64,000 nt of DNA, taken from positions 9,166,776 to 9,230,775 of the forward strand of contig JARDVH010000110.1 in the NCBI GenBank assembly GCA_030324005.1, written 5' to 3'. How positions within the stretch are numbered: position 1 is the first letter of the stretch; every line of letters starts with the position of its first letter. The position numbers and the translations under genes are program-made. The notes under the pieces are model-generated. The model saw only the letters and a list, made by a program, of their open reading frames with translations. It was not told the DNA's origin and made no database searches. This document shows positions 13,200 to 25,421 of this stretch, in pieces. Source of the DNA: Negaprion brevirostris. Lineage: Eukaryota.

Positions 13200-13301
13200 T
13201 GTTCTGTGCCCAGGTCTTTGTGGCTAGGCTGCTCCAACCTGGTAGAGAGCATGTGCGCACTGAGATGCCTGCAGAGCATGCCCAGTGTCAGATGTCTCCA
13301 G
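13200..13301 (+). CDS. FBXW11: FBXW11 (beta-TrCP2) N-terminal coding exon (exon 2 equivalent), 102 nt, phase 0/0
   Basis: Translates [34 protein letters not shown], nearly identical to mammalian FBXW11 [34 protein letters not shown] (recalled). Flanked by cag| and |gtgcct. Confidence 0.96.
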
Positions 13302-13924
13302 GTGCCTTATCTTCTTTACTTACTGTGGTTTTTTTTGTTCTGGTTCTGTGACTGTGTTTGTAACCATATGAGTACTGACAAGTTTTAGTCAGGTTGGAGG
13401 TTGGACAGTGTTTAGTTTGAGGAGGGAGGGTGGGGGGTTCTCACTGTACGTGCTAATATGCTTCTTTAAAGCTTGAAGCTAAAGTCAGCCTGTGCTGCAT
13501 TAGCTTACTTTGCCCACAGTGGAGGTAGAGGCACTCTACTTGGTCTCAGTACTCTTGGCTTGGGGTCCCAATCATCATTCTATAACTGTTGCTGGAAAGG
13601 GTTCCTTATGTGTATATCAAGTGAGTGTATGACTGGGGGCTTGGCTATCATGCAATCTTTGGCCAAATTGCATGTTGGCTCTTCATTGCCAGATTCATTC
13701 ATGATCAATTGCAACTTGGTGTTGTATTTGTTTGCCTCTGCCTATCCAATGGTGCCTCTGAGACTGGAGGAAGACCTCTAAATAAAGAGAAGAATCATTG
13801 AGCTGTGCAGGCTATGGGATCAGTGGGGAGGGCCGATGTGGAGTTTCTTCCAGGTCAGTTTCACTAGCTATATTTGCTGTTGGGCTGGCTGAAGTGGTTG
13901 CTGGGGGTTCTATGAATGTTGCTC

Positions 13925-14030
13925 GGGTGGGTGAGTGGGACCTGTGGGTGTTACTGGGAGCTGGGGGGAGAGGTCTGTGGGTATTATTGGGTATTGCTGG
14001 GGGGAGAGTGGGCCCATGGGTATTGCCTGT
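13925..14030 (+). repeat. G-rich degenerate tandem repeat (~35-40 bp unit)
   Basis: Repeated ctgtgggtRttaYtggg..gctggggggagag units. Confidence 0.6.
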
Positions 14031-15039
14031 GTGATTGCTTGTTGCTGAGGGTTGATGTTGCATATCTCATTGAACACCATGCTCTAGGCTGCTTGATGCC
14101 ATCTGCTCTTCACTCTTTTTTGTGGTTGGCAGTGAGAATAGGGTAATGATCTGTAGTTTGTAACAGAGACTGTAAACTATTTCTTTGATTTTTTTCCTCC
14201 CCATCAAACTAAGATGAGAAACAGTTTACACAGTAATGAGGGGGAAAATTATCTGCAGTGTGTTTAGAGGTGTCCTGATAGAAACCGGGGAGGACAAGGG
14301 GCTATTGTTTGTTCCTTGAATAACTAGACTAGGCTTCCCTTTCAGGGACAAAATTTCAGGGCCAAAGAAAGCTGTAACAAGCTCAAGCAATCAGTTTTAG
14401 GCCATTGCAACATGGAAGAGCAAGTCTGAAAAATGAGCTTGGAATAAGGAGAGGATTCAAGGTTACAGAGTTCTTCTGCTAAAATGCATGGACCTGAAAC
14501 TATTTAATCTGTATTGGCATTGGTCTAAATTTAATTCTGTAAGCTATGTTTTGCAGCACTCAGAGGGTTAAATTTATTTATTTTGATAAATCCCGTTTGG
14601 CTTTGTTTGTATGGCTTAGTGTTGTGTGTGCTAATGTGTAAATTTATCATGTTCTACAACAATACTAAATGTAAAATTTTGTATGTCTTTGCATGTGGCA
14701 TGTTTTTGTCATTTGCTGTATAGCTGGTGACATTTAGCTTCTGGATTGATAGTGCAGTGTGTACCGGTTAGATTTTACATCCTGTGTTCCCTGGAACAAT
14801 TGATATAAACTCGTTGTGTTATTAGGCCAGTAATGTCAGAAACCTGGATTGACAGAATGTTGTGGACCAGAAATGTTGGCAAACTTGCATCCGTTTTTGG
14901 AATTAGACTCTTTGGAGCTGTTGGAATAAGTTGAACTGACCAGTTTTTGTGCTAATCAATTGATTAACTAGTAAACTAGTTCTGAGATACTGCTTTTTCT
15001 AGCTGAGACATTATGTAGCTAAACTATAATTCACATTTT

Positions 15040-15405
15040 AAAAAAAAAAGCACCTTTCATAATTTTGGGGACCTCAAAGTGCTTTACAACCAGTAAAGTA
15101 CTGTTGCACTGTGGTCAATGCTGCAATATGATGGCAGTTTACATATCAAGATCCCACAAAAAGCCATTGCAAAGTAATCTGTGATGTTAGGCGAGGGTCA
15201 ATTATTAACCAAGAATTCCCCTGCTCTTCTACAGAATAATGCTTTGGAATCCTTTCCAATCACTTGAGAAGATTATCCAAAAAATAGTGACTTTGACAGT
15301 GCAATATTGTGCTGGAATGTCATCCGAGATCTTGCGTCCAAGACTTGCAATTTGAGCTTGAACCCACATTCCGTCTTTGAGTTCGAGCTGAGCTATGGCT
15401 GATGG
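15040..15405 (-). mobile_element. Ancient Deu-domain-type SINE (SacSINE1-like)
   Basis: tRNA-like head on minus (cttgaacccaca) and body gacagtgc...gtgctggaatgtca. Similar to 24030-24350, 25115-25420 and 33100-33705. Confidence 0.55.
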
Positions 15406-18400
15406 TCATGATACTGTTAACCAATCACGGCAAGATGACTACTGGAATGACCACGGTATGAAAGCCATGTCAAAATGGTAGGGAGGAAGAAGCAGTTGGT
15501 ATTCCTGCTTTTGCTCGAGCCCAATGATTCTTTTGGGAAAGAGTGCAAGCATATGCATTAGCAGACGGAATTATTGCTTTTGGCTGCAATGTTTTTCATC
15601 GTCAAACAAACTGTTGTGTTCACTTGGCTTGCAAATTGATGTCTGCTGCAGTTCCTGGGCTGGGCCTACGGAGTCCTAGTCCAGTAAGAGTTGGCACCTT
15701 CAGGAGAGGAGTGGAATAGAGAGCAGAAAACTTTGCTTTGAGTTACAACCGGACTCTGTGTGTGTGTAGATCTTCATTTTACATGATGTGAAAGTTGCCA
15801 TGTGTCTGGAAGAATTGTGTGTTTTAGCGTTTCACTTCCCCTTACTGAGCATGAGATTTGTCTCCATCTCTTTTTAATAGCAATCAGTTTAAATAGAGTT
15901 CATCCATGCATAGTTCCTGTTCAAAAGATGCATTGTTCAAATCTAGAGAAGTTTGAAAAAACAGTTGTAGGTTTGCTGTGCCCATTGAAGTGAATATGTT
16001 TGCTCAGAAGATTCTAACCTCACTCCCACAGCCCTCACCATGAATTCCTGATGGTTTCATCCCAAGACTGCTCCTTTCAGTTAAATGGCCTTTTTCACCA
16101 TCCACAGAATGGTCATAACTGATTGTTAGGTGGTTAGTTTTTAATTCTTGAAGGCTTGGTAGCCGTTCGCGGACCTCTAGATAACTTCTGTTGCAGCCCC
16201 CCAATAAAATGCAGATTACGCTGAAGCAATCTGTTTTTGTAAGGGGCTTGGTTAGCAGCAGTGTGAAATGAGGAAACTGGTAATGTCAACTTACTGATTG
16301 TTTATAGAACGCTGGTGCTCTGAATCTCAATTTGAAACCTCTATGGTGCAGTGCATCTTGCTTTTGCAAGGATTCAGTAATGTTTCATGGATGCAGTCAG
16401 GATGGGACAGAAACAGCTTTTGAATGAATGATATATTTAAATTTGCTCTGTTGGAAGTCTGCTGTGATATCAGGTTGCATGAATCAGAAGGGCTGGCTTT
16501 CATACCTTTAGCCTTTGAACTGTTAGCCATTCCTGTTATAGTGACCCCTGTAGCACCTAGCTCAGCTGCAATACATTGCTGAGATTCACAGCTTGGGCTC
16601 ACATCTGAAGGGCTGGGTAGATTGTGTATGAAACTGCCAAAAAGGGGCAGGGGAGAATGGGTATATTCTGTTCTGTGCTGGGCCTTGACATCCTTGACAT
16701 GTTTAACTAATTGAACAATTCTATAGTTTTGTACTTACGCTGGAGAAGTTGCTTTGTTCAGTTTGGAAGGTTGATATGCTGATGTATTGCGATCAGTTCA
16801 CCAGTGTATATGTCCTGGTCATGCAGAGAAATCTGAACATTTTCCAAGCTTGCTTTCAATATTTAAGATGATGCAAAGGTTTGACTTGATTTCAGAACCT
16901 GGAGTTTGTATGCATGTTAAACCAGTTTGTGGAAGGGCTGCCATTGGGTGCTGAAGTCTGCTTGGTTGTGCAACTCAATGTAGTGGCAGCAGTAAATGTT
17001 AAATATGTTTCCCTGATTCTTAGATTTGCTTTCTATTCTAAGATGGGTTTCAACTAATGGCTACTGAATCATGTTTGTAAGCTGTCTAGCACCTTACAAG
17101 ATTGCAGCTGTAATGAAAAATGTATGGTGTTCTTGTGGGTTTTGGTTTTCCTCTTCCTGAAGATGCTGATTCAGACTGCACTGTCATCCTGAGCATACTG
17201 TCAGCTCATTGTCACCAGGCCTCAGCCAAGTGGGCACTTGGGTGTAATCCGTGACAGTCAATATTGGCATATGGTCCTACTTTGGACGATATCACAGCTG
17301 AGTTCACTTGTGTCTAGATTTACTTTCTAATCTCGCCATGCAATCCAAGAGGTGACTCACTTCTCCACTGCCTTTTGCATTCTGTGAATTGTGCTCAAGC
17401 TTGTTTCTGTCACAAGGACCTTTTTGACATTGATGGGCTGTTAGTTTGAATCTTGAGTTACTGTGGATAGGTACTCAGATTAGAAATGGAAATTCTTGTT
17501 CATTGGAACCCAGCTGGAGCCATTGTATTGGTATTAATTGAAAAGGACCTGACATTTAAAAATTCTCCATCTTGTGTTCAAATCCCTTCCTGTCCTTGCC
17601 TCCCTACCTCTGTTGTCAGTATTAGCAAGTGCATGCTGTGACAACTACATTGTTAAGCTAGATGCCTTATTAAATATAATGGTATATGGTTAAACTCTCC
17701 CCAAGGAGTATAAATGAACACAGCTGGAACAGTTGCTGTGGGAAAACCATAAGCACTTTGCCTTTGCAAGTTGAGAGTAGAATGAACTTGCTGAAGGCAA
17801 AAGGCAAGTTGCTGTGTTCATCCACATACTAACTGTTGATATTAGCATGTGTAACCACCTGTAACCCTACAGCCCCTTGACCTTTCAGCTTCAATTCCAG
17901 CCTTGTTGAGTCTCTGTTTCCATTGTCTACCATTCAACTAATTTCCCTGACTATGGCCTGCTCTGTTGTGACAGCACAGTGGTATACAGTTAGGAGGGAT
18001 TGACCCTGGGGGGCCTTAGTGTCAACTGTTGACCATATGAAATCTCAGATTCAGGTCAGACATGGGCGAGTAAACATCCTACTGATATGCCCCTACATCT
18101 TCTCAGTTGACGAATTGGTACTCATATCCATGTTGAATATCTTTTGGATTAGGCACTGAGGATAACAAGAATACAGAATGTACTCTTAGGTTGGGTGGGG
18201 TGGTGGTGACCATCACCATAAGTGGTTTGTTGGAATAGCTCAACTACTGACTGAACTGGCTGAGTCCTGCCACACTGGACCTGAAGCAGATAGTGAGAGA
18301 ACCTGCTTGCTCAATCTCCTTGAGCAGGACAGATCTGACAGTTGACAATATCCTGGCTCCAGTGCTGAAGGCATGCTCTAGAACTAACTGTGCACCTATC

Positions 18401-19527
18401 CAGGTTATTCCAGTACTGCTACAGCACTGACTTTTAACTGATGTTGAAAATTGTCCAAGGAAGTCCTGNNNNNNNNNNNNNNNNNNNNNNACCCAGCCAA
18501 TTACTACCCCATCAGTCTACTCTTTAGCAAAGTATTTGGAGGAGTCCGACAACACTATTGACTGGCACTTATCAATAATTGTTCACTGGTGCTCAATTTG
18601 AGTTATGCCAGGACCACTAAGCTATTCTCATCACAGTGTCAATGAAGCATGGGCAAAAGAGCTGAGTTTGAGGTGACTGCCCTTTAACCTAATGCGGCAT
18701 CAAGGTAAAAAATCTCTTCATTGATTGGCATTATGCCTTGCAAAACAGGTGGTTGTTGTTGGTCAATCAGTTCAATACTGGGACATCGTTGCAGGAGTTA
18801 CTCAAGCTAGTGCCTTAGGCCCAGTCATCTTCAGCTTATTGCCATTCTCTCCATGATATGGTAAGAAGTAGGGATGTTTGCACAGTGTTCAGTTCTATTC
18901 ACAATTCCTAAAACAGTCTGTGCCCTCATGCAGTAAGACCTGGACAGCATTCTGACTTAGGCTGATAAGTGACCATGAATGTTCCTGCCAAACAAGTGTC
19001 AGTCAATCACCATCTCAACCTGAAACTTAACTGGACCAGTCGTATAAATACTGGGGTAACAAGGGCAGCTCAAGAGGTTGGGACTTTTATGGTGAGTGAC
19101 TTCCCAAGCCATTCCACCATCTACAAAGACACAGTGTGGTGGAATACTCTCTACTTGTTTGGATAAGTGCAGCTCTAACAACACTCAAGAAACGCAACAC
19201 CATCCACACCAAAGCAGCCTACTTGGTTAGCACCCTATCCATCACTTTCAACATTTCCTCCTCACTGACGCACAGTGGCAGCAGTGTGTGCCATCTACAA
19301 AATGCAATGGAGCATCTCATCAAGGATGTTTTGACAACACCCAGAGGACAAAGGCAGCAGCTAGCTGGGAGCACCATTACCTGCAAGTTCCCCCCCAAGT
19401 CACTCACCATCCAGACTTGGAAATATATCACCATTCCTTCATGTCGCTGGATCAAAAATCCTGAAAAACTCTTAACAGCACAGCAGATGTACCTACACCA
19501 CATGGACTGCAGTTGTACAAGAACCAT

Positions 19528-21420
19528 AAGAAGTCTCAACACCAGGTTAAAGTCCAACAGGTTTATTTGATAGCAACAGCCACTAGCTTTCGGAGCGCTT
19601 CTCCTTTGTCAGGTGAGTGGGATTTCAGTTCTCAAGCAGGGCATATAAAGACACAAACTCAATTTACAAAATAGTGGTTGGAATGCGAGACTTTACAGCT
19701 AATCAAGTCATAAAGTTACAGACAGTGAGAGTGGAGAGAGCGTTAAGCACAGGTTAGAGATGTGTATTGTCTCCAGCCAGGACAGTTAATGAGATTTTGC
19801 AAGCCCAGACAAGCCGTGGGGGTTACAGATAGTGTGACATGAACCCAAGATCCCGGTTAAGACCGTTGTCATGTGTGCGGAACTTGGCTATCAGTCTCTG
19901 CTCAATGACTCTGCACTGTCGTGTGTCGTGAAGGCCGCCCTGGAGAACGCTTACCCAAAGACCAGAGGCCGAGTGCCTGCGACCGCTGAAGTGCTCCCCA
20001 ACAGGAAGAGAACACACTCTCTTGCCTGGTGATTGTCGAGTAGCGTTCATCCATCTGTTGTCATAGAGACTGCATGGTCTCCCCAATGTACCGTGCCTCG
20101 GGACATTCCCTCTCCCGCAGCGTATCAGGCAGTCAGCAAAAGGTCGAGTTGTAAGTGTATGCACTGTGTACCCCTTGGAGGCGTTCTCACGTGAGATGAT
20201 GGCATCTGTGTCGATGAGTTGGCACGTCTCGCAGAGGTTGCTGTGGCAGGGTTGTGTGGTGTCGTGGTCACTGTTCTCCTGAAGGCTGGGCAGTCTGCTG
20301 CGGACAGTAGCCAGTTTGAGGCTGTGCGGTTGCCCGAGGCAAGAAGTGGGGGTGCAGGCTGGCCTTGGCGAGATGCTCGCCCCCACTAAAAACAACAGGT
20401 TGAAGGCTTTAGAGAAGATGTCATAGCTTCTCTGCCCCAAGGAAGTACTGGACGACAAAGGGCACTCTGTCCACCGTGTCCTGTGCNNNNNNNNNNNNNN
20501 NNNNNNNNNNNNNNNNNNNNNNNNNNNNNNNNNNNNNNNNNNNNNNNNNNNNNNNNNNNNNNNNNNNNNNNNNNNNNNNNNNNNNNNNNNNNNNNNNNNN
20601 NNNNNNNNNNNNNNNNNNNNNNNNNNNNNNNNNNNNNNNNNNNNNNNNNNNNNNNNNNNNNNNNNNNNNNNNNNNNNNNNNNNNNNNNNNNNNNNNNNNN
20701 NNNNNNNNNNNNNNNNNNNNNNNNNNNNNNNNNNNNNNNNNNNNNNNNNNNNNNNNNNNNNNNNNNNNNNNNNNNNNNNNNNNNNNNNNNNNNNNNNNNN
20801 NNNNNNNNNNNNNNNNNNNNNNNNNNNNNNNNNNNNNNNNNNNNNNNNNNNNNNNNNNNNNNNNNNNNNNNNNNNNNNNNNNNNNNNNNNNNNNNNNNNN
20901 NNNNNNNNNNNNNNNNNNNNNNNNNNNNNNNNNNNNNNNNNNNNNNNNNNNNNNNNNNNNNNNNNNNNNNNNNNNNNNNNNNNNNNNNNNNNNNNNNNNN
21001 NNNNNNNNNNNNNNNNNNNNNNNNNNNNNNNNNNNNNNNNNNNNNNNNNNNNNNNNNNNNNNNNNNNNNNNNNNNNNNNNNNNNNNNNNNNNNNNNNNNN
21101 NNNNNNNNNNNNNNNNNNNNNNNNNNNNNNNNNNNNNNNNNNNNNNNNNNNNNNNNNNNNNNNNNNNNNNNNNNNNNNNNNNNNNNNNNNNNNNNNNNNN
21201 NNNNNNNNNNNNNNNNNNNNNNNNNNNNNNNNNNNNNNNNNNNNNNNNNNNNNNNNNNNNNNNNNNNNNNNNNNNNNNNNNNNNNNNNNNNNNNNNNNNN
21301 NNNNNNNNNNNNNNNNNNNNNNNNNNNNNNNNNNNNNNNNNNNTACCAAATAAACCTGTTGGACTTTAACCTGGCGTTGTGAGACTTCTTACTGTGTTTG
21401 CCCCAGTCCCGTGCCAGCAT
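19528..21420 (-). mobile_element. Penelope-like retroelement with GIY-YIG endonuclease C-terminus and inverted terminal repeats
   Basis: Minus ORF ends ..PC..N.C..C.....SLPVGEHFS..HS...EQRLIAKFRTH.NGLNRDLGFMSHYL. Terminal repeat at 19528-19620 and an inverted copy at 21344-21420. The middle is an N gap. Confidence 0.85.
19581..19615 (-). ncRNA. Minimal type I hammerhead ribozyme motif (degenerate) in the Penelope terminal repeat
   Basis: Minus strand reads CAC-CUGACAA-A-GGAG(AAGCG)CUCC-GAAA-GC-UA-GUG. Core CUGANGA has a G>A change. Confidence 0.6.
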
Positions 21421-23569
21421 CACTACATCATTGTTCGAGAAGGCAGCTCACCACTTTCTTGAGGATAGTTAGGGAGGGGCAACAAATGTCAGATTTGCTG
21501 TTGCTCCCAGCATTCAGTGAAGAGATTAAAAATGTACCTGAATGCAATTTGTTGGCTACTTCTGAAATAAAAACAAAATGCTCAAAAATCTCTGGGCCAG
21601 GCAGCATCTGTGAAGAGAAGATCTAAGTTGACCCTTGATGACCTTTTATCGAACCTAACTTTGCTCTTTTGCTTCATTTAAGAGTACGGACGCCAAATGT
21701 AGCCTTTGTGGAGCTTTCTTCAAACACCTGGGCTGAATGCGTGCAACACACTGGTCTGTGAAACTCATGCATGTTGTTGCAATTGAGCATTCGAATGAAG
21801 TACTATTCAAATCTGCATCAATTTGACTCTGAAAATGCTGCTTTTGCAGCTTAATGGAACTTGTTTGTGCTGATCTCCCCTGACTTTTTTTAAAGAATAT
21901 TTTTATAGCTGTTTAATTGTCTAGTTATCTGATTGTACTGTAAATTAATAATAAAGCCACATATAGAGGGCGCAAGTATTTCCTTGGAAAGTGGTTCATT
22001 CTTCTGGAAATCTTTTGCCCTATTATGTTGAAACATATATAAACAATAGTGGAATCAGTTGAATTTTTTTCTCTTTGAAATTCGTGATGGAATTTCATGC
22101 ATATGTATCTGACACTTCCCAGAGTATTGTTTGTTCACATTCCACTTGGGAAGCATAGTTGTGTACTATAGGNNNNNNNNNNNNNNNNNNNNNNNNNNNN
22201 NNNNNNNNNNNNNNNNNNNNNNNNNNNNNNNNGTTTTAGCATGTGGTTTTCTGCACCGTTCCTCCATATAAACCTTTTTAATCTGGATAAGGTCGTTGCT
22301 GGGTGCTGAACAGTCTTCTGCAGGGGTGGATATTCCTGAGCCTCTCATTGATGTATGTCCCAAAGGCTGGTCAAACAATGGGTTTTGCAGCACAAGCTGA
22401 GAAGGAATATAGTCTTATGAAACGTTGTGATTGGTTGGTATGAAGAAAGAGAGCGAAGAAAAGAAATGTATTTCACTTTTTATTTGAACTAAGCATATTC
22501 TCTCGCCTTGAACTGTGCCTGATTTTGGGACACAATACACTGGGTACCTTCTGTATGTTCCATGTGCTCGCCTGCTGGTGCCAGCTGTCACAGGTCATTG
22601 GGTAAGAAGTGAGTCCTGACTGATTTTGTCCTCTGAGGCAAGGGATAATAGAGTTGATCAGCTAATCCAGCTGAGATTGGGAATTGAGCCTAAATTGCCT
22701 GCTTGGTATGGTTCAGCTACCAATTCTACAGTAAGCTCCTATGACAAGTTTTTCATCTTGTCAAACCTGTTAAAGGTCTGGAGCAGAGACAAGATGAGGA
22801 GGTGAACCTGAGTCACATTCTAGTTGTTTTGCAAGTTGTGATCCCAAGCTGGCTAGTTGCAGAAGTGGGAGGAGTAGAAGGGAAATTCCATTGATCATTG
22901 CAATTTCCATCATTTAAAAATTTTGAATGTATAGACTTTTCTTCACTTATTCTGACATGGCCTTTCCTCTTTTAAAATGGCTGTGGATACCGTTGTACAT
23001 CTGCTGGACCCATTTGCATATCTTGCCCAAGTAACATGCTGAACCATGATCAGATCCATTCATCATTTGGAGCAGATACATGTGTGGCCACACATTTTGG
23101 CATCAGTTACTGCATAGTGTTCAGCTGTCTGACTTCCCCATTACCTCGCTAACTCAGGAAATTGTAGATGTATTACTGTACAAGTTATCACTCAGAATAA
23201 CTTAACTGTTGAAATGCAAATATAGGAATTTGTCATGCAAACTTTGCAAACACTGGTCAGATTTGATCTCATTGGCAGCTTGTCCATTGGGAGTTGTATT
23301 TGCGAGATCTGGTGGTTTTAAAGTAGTCAGTTTGAACTCATTGGTTTAATGAGGGTTCTTGTATCTGCCATCCACAAAATAACACTCTAGTTTAATTCAC
23401 AAACCAGTACAGTTAATCTATGGTTTTAACATTTACAGTGTTTTTTGCCATGCTCTAAGCTAGAACTGTGAAATATGTCAAGGTTCACTTGTGTGCTTTT
23501 TTTTGTATTTTGTGAGGAAATTAAATTGCAAAAATAACACTAGAATTAAAAACAAAGTGAAAACATGCA

Positions 23570-23835
23570 TGAGGAGAAACTAGGTTGGTTAGGATTGTAT
23601 TCATTGGAGTTTAGAAGTGTGAGAGATCTCATAGAAACTTGCATGATTCTAACAGGGTTAGACAGGGTGCATTCAGAAAGAATGTTCCTGATGATGGAGG
23701 GCGTCCAGAACTAAGGGTAATAGTTTGAGGATACGGGATCAATGTTTTGGGACTAACAAAGTCCTTCACCCAGAGGATAAAAGTGTGGAATTTGTTACCT
23801 CAAAGTAGTTGAGGCCAAAACATTGTATGATTTTA
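23570..23835 (+). mobile_element. CR1-like LINE 3' fragment
   Basis: gaggagaaactaggttggttaggattgtattcattggagtttagaag...gatctcatagaaac, a typical CR1 ORF2 C-terminus. Confidence 0.65.
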
Positions 23836-24029
23836 AGAAAAAAGTATAGAAATATGGGGGAAACACCACATAGTATTGGTGATATCATAGAATCACGGAT
23901 CTGGCTATGGGCCATTCTCTCTCAAGTAACAATGAGACAGGATGATTTGTATCATATTAAGTCACTTGTCATCAATGTCTCAGTAGTAGCGCTTTGGCCA
24001 TCCAGGGAGTAGCACGTTATCCAGCTTGG

Positions 24030-24350
24030 CATTTCCCTGCGATACTGAAGGAGGGCTGCAGTGTCTGAGAGGTCATCTTTCAGGTAAATTAAACATTAGG
24101 ACCTCTGTCTTCTCGGATGGAAGGAAAAGATGCCATGGTACCATTTTGGAGATGAGTTGAGGATTTCTCCCTATTGTTCTAGCAAATATTTATCCCACAG
24201 TAAACATTGCTAAATCAGTGCATCTAGTCGTTGTCATATTGCTATCTGTGGGACATTGCAAATTAGCTGCTGTGATTCTGACCTAATTAACAGAAGTACT
24301 ACATTTTCTGTAGAGTGCCTTTTGTCATCCTCAATCATGAAATGGATTAT
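24030..24350 (+). mobile_element. Deu-domain-type SINE remnant
   Basis: tactgaaggagggctgcagtgtctgagaggtcatctttcagg...aaagatgccatggtaccatttt...gctatctgtgggacattgc. Confidence 0.55.
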
Positions 24351-25114
24351 GCAGTACAATGGACTAAATTGTGCCTAATTTCAAGCTAGCACACTATNNN
24401 NNNNNNNNNNNNNNNNNNNNNNNNNNNNNNNNNNNNNNNNNNNNNNNNNNNNNNNNNNNNNNNNNNNNNNNNNNNNNNNNNNNNNNNNNNNNNNNNNATT
24501 TCAAGCTAGCACACTATGTCAGAAGGCTCAGATTTGTACACAGCAGATTCAGTCTCAATATGCACACACAGCTGTAAGATTTAGTTACCCTAAACTTGTA
24601 CATACATTCTTAGAAAAGTGAGCCTTTTCTTGAGATTTTGATCTGGTATCCAGTGTGTAGTCTGTATCTGCTGAGCTGTAAATTTTCTCTTTGATCAGGG
24701 CTTTTTATTCTGGCATTGTTTCTGGACTTTTCTGAACAGAATTAGATGTGGAAGACTATCTAGGAATGGATTGGGGTTAAGGGGTTAAGATCTGGTGTAC
24801 GCTTTTAGGATGACTTATGTCCACTGATCAGATGGTCATTTTGGACAAGAAAAGACCAATGTTTAACACTTGGGGTTTTCTGACTGTTGCGTTTCTTGGC
24901 TTCATCTTTCTTAAACAGTGAGATGCAGATTACAAAGCGGAAGCTACACCTTAAACCTGAAGAAAGGACTTCTGTGAATGTTGCCAAATTTGATAGAAGC
25001 ACTAAAGTCTAGAAACTCTGTATTGATTTGCAGACCATTCAGTTGATTTTTATGAAGGCTGTTCAAATGTTTCCTTGGATTGTATGCTAGCTTGGAATGG
25101 ATTTCATTTTGGTT

Positions 25115-25420
25115 GTCAAATGTAATTTGGTGGATAGCACTCTGGTACCAAAAGGTTGTGGGTTCAAGCCCAACTCTAGACACACAATCCAGGCTAGCAC
25201 TTCACTGCTAAGGAATTAAGTATTATTGAAGTTGCTTATTTCAGACGAGTGGATAATCCTCATGCAATATAAAATATTATGTTGCATTATTTGACAAAGT
25301 GTAGGGAGTTCTATGTGGTGCCCTGGTAAACATCCATCCCTCAACCATCATGGATGGAGTCTGTATTATCTTAAGTAATATGAGTATGACTGAAATTTCT
25401 ATTTATATGACAACAGTGAT
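25115..25420 (+). mobile_element. Deu-domain-type SINE remnant with tRNA head
   Basis: tggatagcactct...aaggttgtgggttcaagccca head followed by a Deu-like body. Confidence 0.55.
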
Positions 25421-25421
25421 G

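Larger units (their letters stand above)
18300..21500 (+). mobile_element. CR1/L2-group LINE RT remnant, interrupted near its 3' end by a Penelope element
   Basis: cccagccaattactaccccatcagtctactc (PANY.PISLL) and ORF 19136..19570. The 3' end resumes at ~21430 (gagaaggcagctcaccac...tagggaggggcaacaaatg). Confidence 0.7.

Noticed and set aside
13200-13301. Alternative assignment to BTRC
   Set aside because: The [20 protein letters not shown] peptide and the MEDQNEDESPKKN exon are FBXW11-specific as recalled. BTRC reads SSLADSMPSLRCLYNPG.
13812-14063. Pro/Thr-rich 83-aa minus ORF
   Set aside because: By-product of the G-rich tandem repeat.
20386-21423. Long ORFs in the track (also at 26640-27622, 37795-38828, 60772-61394)
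   Set aside because: Composed of X residues from N gaps.
24378-24517. 20-bp direct repeat (atttcaagctagcacactat) across a 100-N gap
   Set aside because: Assembly overlap artefact.
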